Shown: piece after piece, positions 48,361-57,828 of the stretch | Layout: each line of letters starts with the position of its first letter | Numbering within the stretch: position 1 is the stretch's first letter | From: Neophaeotheca triangularis | Lineage: Eukaryota | Assembly: GCA_054600435.1 (NCBI GenBank) | Contig: BAAIJX010000028.1 | Span: 124,001-188,000 of the forward strand | Direction of reading: 5' to 3' | Length of the DNA: 64,000 bases | Translations under genes and position numbers: made by a program | The notes under the pieces: generated by a model | Database searches by the model: none | What the model was told of the DNA's origin: nothing | What the model saw: only the letters and a program-made list of their open reading frames with translations

Positions 48361-50011
48361 TCAAAACACGCCCTCGCTGAAATAACGCTTATTCCGCGTG
48401 CCTTTTAAGCTTGTCCTTGGGTCGTTTGGATCCGTGGACAGCTTCCGGTGATGTACAAAGTGTGGCCTGTATACTGCGTCATCGGGCGGTTGCCAGTCGT
48501 CCAGTCCCAGCGGAAAGTATTCGTACACTTGCCCGGCGTCCTCGTCAGGGCTGTTGACACTGTTCAAGGACAGAGATAATCGGCGAGGCGGAATATGCAA
48601 TCTCTTAGCAGGCGGGGATGCGTCGATGGTATTGCTGGCTGTCGGCGAGACATTCTCATCGAGGGAGAGATTGATTGGGGCTGTAGACGGAGTCGGTTCA
48701 GGCATACTGGAACGTGAAACTTCGGACTGAGAGTTGCGAGAGTTGGCAGCTCTAAAACCTTCCCCCTGACTGATGTTGGCGACATGTTGATCTGCGCTCA
48801 CACTATGGCGGTCAGAACGAGCACTACTCGCAATGGACTCCTGAACATGTAGAGAAGCACGCTGGACAGGCACGTTTTGCGCCGGAGACTCTGAAGTAAG
48901 ATCAATGACCGAAGTAGTGACACTGTCTCGCCCCTTGGTCAAGTCTGGAACGGCGATTCGACCAGACTGTGCTGCGAGCTGAGACGCTGTTCTGACATGT
49001 CCACTTCCATTGAGGGGCAGATCTTTCCGAGACTGGAAGTTTCTCGGACTTCGACCTCTGACAACAATTGCTCCGGATTGGACTTGACAAATGGGAACCT
49101 TGTAACCTGTTGCCAACGTAGCCATCACCTGTAGTCTCACGACAAAATGCTGCTGTAATTCTTTGCGCCTTCCATTGTGAGCCGTCGCGGTACGGAATTG
49201 AAGACGTTCCCAGCGAAAGGGAAAAGTCGCGAAATCCGAGTCGACATGCGACGCACTCAAGGGGTTAAGAGGTATCGCTGCCGGCTCTCGCTCAGCCTTA
49301 TCCTCGTGCGCTTTCCATGGCACTGAAATGACTCTGACTTCGGTTCCTTCTGTTGATTCTATCGCGCTAACAGCAAGCTCTTGCCCAATGATCGGGACTC
49401 CTCCGCCTTGCGCGGTCGAAATGTATTTCAGAGTCTTCGGTAGCGTTATTTCGCCAGTTACCTGAAAGAGGTTCCTCCGATAGCAAGTTAACTTCTTGGG
49501 CGGAGGCTGTAGAGACAACTCTCCTGCAGATACCCATGGAGATTCCGCAAGGAAGAACATTCCATGTAGTTGCGCCGTTAGAGCGATGGTAGTTCTTCGC
49601 TGCAAGGAGTCGTGTAATGCATAGTCAAAGGTTGGGGTGGTAAAGCTGAGTAACTTGTGATCTCGGTGGATAGAGGCTGTCTCAAGGTCATGCGCATCAT
49701 TGGGAGGCAATTCAGAGGCAGTAGCAGCGTCGGGAAATGGGTCTTTCAACGGAGGAAACGGATCTAGGGAGGGATTGCTGGTAGTCTGATACTGTGTCAT
49801 TCCCTGACGGTGAAGCTCGTTGCTCCTGGTATCGTTATTAGCGGGTTTGGGCCAGTACCCCACGGGCATGTTTGAAGACTGTGCAGAAGGTCTTGGTTGA
49901 GACCACGTACCCTAGAAGGCCGTAGTCCATAGGGAGCAGCATGTTCGCAAAGGGGTCTTCGTTAAGAACAGCGCTTGGATGCGCCGTTTGCGTAGTGGCC
50001 AAGTAATTCAT
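48361..50011 (-). CDS. ron1: NDT80/PhoG-family transcription factor (RON1/XprG type)
   Basis: AQLHGMFFLAE, LTCYRRNLFQV, WERLQFRTATAHNGRRKELQQHF, IVVRGRSPRNF, YEYFPLGLDDWQPP; probable first exon from ATG 50011 with an intron at about 49910-49827. Confidence 0.93.
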
Positions 50012-50163
50012 GGTGGCCTAGTTAGGAGTAGGTAGTCGAAGGGGTCGAACTGGAACCCCGACAGGTGTTTCCCTTCCAGTGTAGATGTGGTCTTTTCGAG
50101 ATGGGCACGATTTAGATGGTTTGTTAGAAATCCCCGCAGGCAGGTGGCGAGGTCTTCTGCGTC

Positions 50164-50196
50164 GTCACGGCCGGGTCACGGCCGGGTCACGGCGGG
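50164..50196. repeat. 11-bp tandem repeat GTCACGGCCGG x3 in the ron1 / Zn2Cys6 divergent promoter
   Basis: Units at 50164, 50175 and 50186; the last has one mismatch. Confidence 0.9.
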
Positions 50197-50566
50197 GATG
50201 GAATGGGATGGAATGGAGTAGTAGTAGGTTGGAGTTGAGTTAAAGTTGGGTATGAGTTGGAGTTGTAGTGGGGTTTGGCCCGTTTGGGATACCAAAGTTC
50301 ATCCCAAACTCTCGCCCTTAAACAGCCTTGGCAAGTATCATCGCGCGATAAAGGATGACTGACCTTTTCCCATGATCACATCAATGGCCCTTTGGGTTTA
50401 TGGAGGCGCGTCTGTATCAAAATCTGCTTATGCAACATGCGTCAAGCAGATGGCCAAAGGAATTCAAACATTCTTGACATGTCTTCGTTGGTGCTTGTCC
50501 CAGGCTGCTTTGATGACGACTCGACTGTAAATGGCAAAAAGAAGCAGCACCACCATCAGCACCACC

Positions 50567-53077
50567 ATGGCCTCTAGTGACACCTCGGCGAATGTACCAA
50601 TGCATGGCGACGCCGACTACCAACCGCATAACATCCGCCTGGCCTGCCAAGCATGTCAGCGGAGGAAGATCAAATGCGATCGCACTTTTCCATGTGGCCA
50701 GTGCCAGCGATCTCATCTGACTTGCGAGTCAAGTAGCCGCAAGCAGCGGGCGCGAAAGGTCAATCGACAGGCCGTCGACTCTCATTTAAAGGACCGCATA
50801 GCAAAGCTCGAGGCGCTCGTCGAGGCGCTGAGTGGCGAGGTCGACTGCCAGGACAAGGACAGCGCCGTCTCTCCAACAACAGATGATGGATCGACGACAA
50901 GCCCTACAATTTCCCCGCGCGCGCTCGCCCAGCGGTACATAGGGAGCGACTTCTGGGCGGACATTTGTTTTGAGGTTCAATCACTTCGCGATGCGCTCGA
51001 GGAAGATGGGTCCGAGGACGAGCAAGACTCCTATTCGGCCACGTCAGACAGCCAGCAGCAAGAGTTTGGCCTCTTCGTTTCTCCCCCTGGAATTGTCCAT
51101 GTCATGCCCGGGGCGATACAAGAGCCAACGTCACAGCAAGTCGGTTACCTATGCGACGCATATTGTGCGAATGTGGACAGGGTGTTGAAATTTTGCTACG
51201 CTCCTATGCTCCGCGATTTCCTGAAGCGAGGCGCACCGTACCTTGGATTGGATGCTCTTGCGCCGTCGAATAGGGCATTAAAAAGCGCCGTCTGCTTTGC
51301 CGCTCTGACGAGTTGGTCTGACAAGGATGTTCGATCGGTTTTTGGAGTATCAAAACAGGAGCAGATGAGCCTGTTCCGGCGATGGGTGGATGTCTCATTC
51401 GCCCAAGTCGATTTATTCAACACGAGTGATCTTGCTGCCGTACAGGCAATGACTGCATACGCGGTAAATAAAATTACTACACAGCTCCCAATATCTCCCG
51501 ACTAACAAACGCCACAGGCTACGGCTAAGATGTTCGACACGACTCGCAGACCCTGGACCATGTTGGCGTTGATTGTACGTATTGCGCGAGCGATGAATCT
51601 ACACCACGAGGCCAGCACGGCTTCCCCATTTATCAGAGAACTGCGACACCGCCTCTGGCACACTATCCGATTCCTCGATCTATACCACTCCATGGACAGG
51701 GGCAGCGAGCTCATGATCAGCGCCAACTCATACACCACACCACCACCTTGCAGCATCGACGACGCAGACTTCGGCCCAGAGTCGACGCATCTCACACCCC
51801 GAGAAGGCTTGACAGAGATATGCGTCCTTAATACCGCCCAAGCCGCCGTTTCAGCTCTCGAGCAACTCTCCCAAAACCCCCCACCAATCCGCAAAGGCGT
51901 GGACATCTGGCAAGAGCGACTCGACCTCGCGAAAAGAACGGGCGAATGGATCGAGCGTAACATTCTCCAGTACTGCGACCCGAACGACCCTTGGGAGCGC
52001 ACCGTCATCGGCCTGGGAATGGCCATGAGCAAATCCACAATCCTCCGGGCCGTCCGGCCCGTAGCCCGCCCGTATCAACTCGCCTCTTCACCCCCACGCG
52101 TCGAAAGCCCCTGGCTTTTGCGATTCGCGACGGACTCTTTGCGCTCCACGCGTATCGTCTACGAAGAGACGCAGACGAGATGGAACTGGATGGTCTGGGT
52201 GCCGTGGTACACGCTTGCCGTGGCTCTGGCGGGCTTATGCGCGATCCGAGACACCGAAGCGAGTAGGCAAGCTTGGCTTGAGGTCGAAGTCGCGTATCAG
52301 CGGTACCCCAGGCATATTGCCGACGGCGAGGGCGGCATGCTATGGCGGCCGATCCAGAAACTGTATCGACGGGCTGCCGCCTTTAGGGATGAAACGGATA
52401 CAAACGCGATGACGAGCACTGATCTGGCAACTCTACAAAACCAAACCGCAGGGCCTCGGGCAGACTCATTGCGTCTGGGCGAGGACATTGACTATCCGAT
52501 GCAAGTTCAAGAGCAAGCGTACCAGCCCACACAACCGCATTCACAATCACAGCCTCAAGCGCAACAACTACAGCAAATACCGACCCAGCAACTACCTCAT
52601 CAACAACTCTTACACCAACAACTTCCACATCAACAACCTCCACACCAACAACTTCCACACCACCAACTACCTCACCACCAACTACCTCTCCACCAACTAT
52701 CTCACCACCCCCCACCGCCCCACCAACAACCCCCCCAGCAACCCCAAACGCACCCCTTCCCACACCCCCCAACAAACCCCCCAACCAACCCCAACGCCCA
52801 CGACCCAGCACCCCGCCCCCTCCCCCTCGACCCGACCACAACAACCTGGCTCACCCAACAACAACAACAACCCCAACCCCAACCCCCAGTGCTAAATTTC
52901 CCCCCCCTCCCCCTCAACTTCCAGCCCTTCGACCCCGCCGCCACTTCGGCAGCAGCGCCCAGTTGGTGGGATTGGGAGCAGATACTGGGGGAAGTGGATC
53001 ATCGCGCCGCGGAGATGTTTGGGGAGTCCACTGGCTTGGGGATGGGGATGGGGATGGGGAGGGGGGGAGGAGGGTAG
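50567..53077 (+). CDS. Zn(II)2Cys6 transcription factor with Fungal_trans region and Q/P/H-rich tail
   Basis: CQACQRRKIKCDRTFPCGQCQRSHLTC, RIARAMNLH...ELRHRLWHTIRFLD; one intron at about 51464-51517. Confidence 0.93.
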
Positions 53078-53656
53078 GGGGGAAAGCGAGTTGGTGGGGA
53101 AGAGAGGGGGGAGGGCAGTGGTGGTAGTGTGGTAGTGAGAGAGAGAGAGAGAGGGGGGAGGGGAAGGGAAGGGATGGAGGGCGCGGTTTGCGCTGTGGAG
53201 GAAGGAGGTATACCCGTGGGTTTTTTGGGGGGGTTGTTTATTGCTCTGGCGTTGGAGTGGGTGGGGGGAAGGGATGGAGTTTTGTATGTATGGGAGCATG
53301 TATGTATGTAAGTATATATATACGAACAAGATAAAGTGGAAGCACATACCGCGCTTCCCTCCCTCTCTCTCTCTCTCTCCTTCTCGAGAGTGAGTGTCTC
53401 AATCGACCTGGTGCGTACTACAGCATCTAACCCATCCATCACCGAGCCCCCGAGTCGCACTCACCGTATCCATCAGCCTTGTCGGGTCGGCAACACAGAT
53501 GGGGGATTCTTCCAACAACGTCAGCCCGTCGCCAGACCACCACCACCACAATCACCATCATCATTACCATCACCATCACCACCACCATCGCAACCACGAC
53601 GCGTAAAACAAAGTCCCAGACCGCCCAGAGCAAGCAAGCAAGCAAGCAAATCCACC

Positions 53657-53692
53657 AACCTACCTACCTACCTACCTACCTACCTACCTACC
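53657..53692. repeat. (TACC)n microsatellite, with (CAC/CAT)n and (AGCA)n runs just upstream
   Basis: Read directly. Confidence 0.9.
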
Positions 53693-55541
53693 ACGACACG
53701 AGACCCTACCCCCTAGGCCACACAGCACAGCACATCACAGCACAGCATACCAAAACATCGCACCTCCCCTCCGACAGCAGCCATCACCCTCCCGCTCTCA
53801 CCCGCAACCCTCTCACCTCCAAACCCCATAGCCCGCCCAAGAACCAAGAGCAAACCGTCGCTCACAAGCACGCCAACAGTGACAGGAGCCAACAACCCAC
53901 GACTCCCGCAACTCACTCCCGCAACTCACTCTCGCTCCCGCTCTCGCTCTCCGCTCCGCATGCGTCCGCCCCCTCGTCCACGAAAGGCCCGGCGTGTATA
54001 ACCGAGAAGAGCCGGGAGGCAGACAGCGGAACGCAAGCGGCGAGCGAGATTTTTTCTTTCCTACTAGCGAAGCCCGGAGCCCGGAGGGTTTGCGAGATTC
54101 GGACGCGGGAGTTGGAGGAGGGAGTGGAAAGGATGGGTAGAGGCGGCGGGGGACGCGCTCGGATGGGTGGTGGGTGGATGGGAGCATGCACGCACTTGTG
54201 GCACGCGCTGCACGCACTTCTAGCACGCGGTGTCGGTCGTGAGGGGACGCGGTGAGTCGGTTGAGTCGGGGAGGTATTGGAGGGACTAACTACTGCGAGG
54301 CACGCGCGCAACGCAACGCACGCACTCTAGCTCTGGCAGCACCACGCGGCGCGTTTTGGTCTGGCGTGATGAGGGTCGTGTGAGAGGGTAGGTCGTAGCG
54401 TAGCGTCGAGACTAGAGTAGACTAGACTGGACTACCTACTAGGACGGATAGACGGTTCGCTTGCTAGGGGACGTGGCTAGACTGGCTGGAAAGTAGAGTA
54501 CTAGAGAGTGGTTTTAGTAGAGGGTTCGGCTCGGGCAGGAAAGGTTCGGGGCGTCGGAGTTCAGAGGGCAGGGCTTAGAGGGTTCGCATGCATTGGGGAT
54601 TGTTAATAGCGCGAGGATGTCTGGCGCGCGCGCGAGGTGGTAAGGTGTTCGCATGAGGTTGTTGGTGGGTTTGGTTTGGTTTAGTATGGGGTTCGGATGG
54701 AGGATAAGGTCGGCGGGGGGGAGTTGTGGTGGAGTTTGTTAGCTAGAGTTGGGAGTTTGGGTGGTGGTTTGGACTGCTAGCTTGCAGCAGCTTTTGTTAG
54801 GCGCGGTATGGAAATGTCAGGACGAACTATTCGGAGTAGGTTGGTAGTAGTTGAGTTGTTAGTGGCCGGCTCACACAGTAGTAGTGAAAAGGGCATGCGG
54901 CTTGACGTGAAGTGCGCGCGAGACTTTGGCGACTACTGCGAGCTTCTTGTTAAGTTTTGGAGTTGGCTGGAAGGGTTGCGTTCGCAGCGTTCATGGCCGA
55001 CGTTTGAACTACTGTGCGTATTTGCGTGGGTTTGGAGACTAAGGTATGTAGTGTGTAGGTGATAATGGAGGAGGTTGGTGCGTTTGGCGGTAACTGGTGA
55101 ACTGCTGGGGTGTTGGCGTGTTAGTTCGCATACCATCCAGATGCGTACTAATTATTGCGTGTTTTTCGGAGACGGGAACGTGGTGGCTGGCTAGGATGAA
55201 TACTTGTAATGATGTGGGAACGCGATTCATGTAACAGTACGGGAGTGTAAGTTAGGGAAGGCAATATTACTGTCTCGTTCGTATGGAAGTGTAAGGTAGG
55301 TACTTGATGCATTCGTGGTGGCGGACTCTACTTGGTTGCGATGGAGCTGACACCTGAGGCATTAAATATTTACGATTGGTGCTCACCATAAGAGCAACTT
55401 GTAGAGGCAATAGAACCTCGTAGTTAATTAGTGAAACACGCTGTTCGATTATCTAAACTTACAGTCATCTGCCCTCCACTGCCTCTACAAAACCTTCCTC
55501 CCATCAACGCCATCGGACCGCACGGAAATCACGATTGTAAG

Positions 55542-55577
55542 AATAATAAAAAATAATAAAAATAATAAAAATAATAA
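55542..55577. repeat. (AATAATAAA)n AT-rich minisatellite
   Basis: About 4 units, read directly. Confidence 0.85.
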
Positions 55578-57828
55578 GGGAGGCTGTACAGCCTGCAAAA
55601 GATGGAGCCAACAGCTACAAATGGAAAGGCACAGACAGCGGCAGAAAGACCAAAGAAAAAACCGGGTACTCAGATCTGGCAAACCTTTCCGGCAAACCTT
55701 ATCAATGAAATGGCAGCCCAGTTCCAAAAGACAGCCCGCATGTGAGAGCCGCCGCGCAAGCGTCGTAATAATAACGTATCGAGAGGGTTTTGCATTATTT
55801 TTTTTTAAATGCATGTAGCGGAGTGGTTCGTACTATAGTAGGGCTTTTTTATCGGACTACTGTACGGTGTCGTGATGATACTACGGTAGTTGGTGTGGAC
55901 ATGATCGCGTGGATCTTAATTCTTGACAGGATGTTCACGGTGTCGCCGAAAGGAGACGGGACGTTGGAGAGGGAAATTTGCACCAGGGCGAGAATAGTGC
56001 AGAGGGCAAAAGGAAGAGGAGGAGGCTCTGCAGATTCTAGGGCATCAACACAACCGAATTGAATCGTGGGTAGTGACGATGGCCATAATCGCGGTATTCG
56101 TGTTAGCGGAGCAACGCGAAAACCATGGATCGAGGGTGTGTTGGCCGTGAGACGATGTCGTTGCCAACTGGGGGAAGAGATTAATGTTTACCTATTGCGA
56201 CGACTCGCGTACAGCAAGATGCCAAGCACGAGGAGAAGGGTAGAGCTTGTAACTTCAGGTTAGGTGGACGGAGATTATTCACAGAGGTAAGACGATGACC
56301 TCGATTAACTTATGGTGAGAGACGGAACCTCAGGTGAGAGCAAAAGTCGGATTCCCGCGGCGATGGCACGCGGTACACGGCGTCAGGCTTGGCTGGGATT
56401 TGCCCGGCAACGAGACGAGTACTTGGAACTTAGTACTACTTTCTGCACGTCAGGGGCAGCTCTCAGCCATGCCGTCCGGGCTGTCATCTCATCAACCGTT
56501 GGCTGGCTGGGTCCATCGCCCGGGTAACCTCCTATGGACTGCTTTTTTCAACATCAACCGTCGTGGCTGGTCGGAGGTCGGCAGCGATTCAGAAAGAAAG
56601 AAGAATAGAAGAGGACTCGTACTCCAAGATTGCACCCTCGTGATGCTTACCTAGCAGCCCTAATTATTACTATTAAAATTGTTATTATTATTATTATGAT
56701 TATTAACAGCTAGCGACTTTCATAGTTACTATGTATGCGCGCGCCTTGTCAAATCTGCGCGGTACGAGAAAGGTAAGACTGTTCGCAGGGGGCTAGCCTC
56801 TAGTAGGTAGGAGGTAGGGGGCCAGGGCAGGCCGTGTTACTAAAACTGGAAAAAGGTACTAGAATAATAAAATCTTAGCCGACTTGCGCTGCCTCTCGCC
56901 TCTCGCTTCATTGCCCGTTTCTCCCCACTGTTATCTGCTCCACCCTTCCATCATAGCAGTGGCGCACAACTCACACATCCTCGTTCAAGGTTTGGGGGTG
57001 CATAATTCACGGCCAATGGGAAAAGCCGGATCAATGCGAGTTTTCACCTCCTGTCCGTCGTTTTCTCTGGGGGTGATACTGTGATACAGCGATACCCGTG
57101 GACTCCATGCACGACGGTCGGCGTGGCAGCGTCATCGTCATCATCCCCCATCACCACGCCGACCGGTTACATCTCCATACAAGAAAGAGTAAAAGAATAT
57201 GTGATGGATTATGTAGCAGTCAAGGACTCTCGCTGTAGGGCGGGCAATAATGGCCATTCTTTCACGAACTAACCCTTCCTTTCCGTGGGGACTCGGGAAC
57301 AGCAATCTCTTCCCTCGCTTGCCAAAGATACCCGCGAACCGGCGGACCAGGAGCTGCACAGAAACGTTTCGACTTTTCCTAGCACACTCCGGCGCCAAGC
57401 TATATCTGGTTGAAGATCCACCGGCAGCCGCCGCTAGAGCAATAGGATGATGCAGGAACCCGCCGCTCCGAGGCCGCTGAGTCGTCGAAAGGAGAACAGG
57501 GCGGAGTCCAAGGTGTCGTTGCACAGGAAACTAAATAACCCATGCGCTCGACTCTTGTTGCCTGCCCGTTTTCCTCGTTCGCCCCTACCGTAACTACCTC
57601 ACCACCCTTTCCCGTGCCTTCCACTCTTCTTTTTTCTTCTAAATACCCGCCGACCGACCCTACGCTCACTTTTCTTCCTTTTCTTACTATCCCTACTTTA
57701 CCTACCTAACTTCTCCGTTAATACCACCTCCTCCCTCCAGACAAGCGCCGTCGTATAATAATCCACGTCTGCGCCTGCCTCGAGTCCTCTTTTTCCTTCC
57801 GCAGCATCATCTGCGATTAGTTGAAACC

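Noticed and set aside
53336..54311. ORFs of 126-258 aa on both strands
   Set aside because: They are composed of microsatellite and low-complexity translations (TTTT, PTYL, SLSL) and have no domain features
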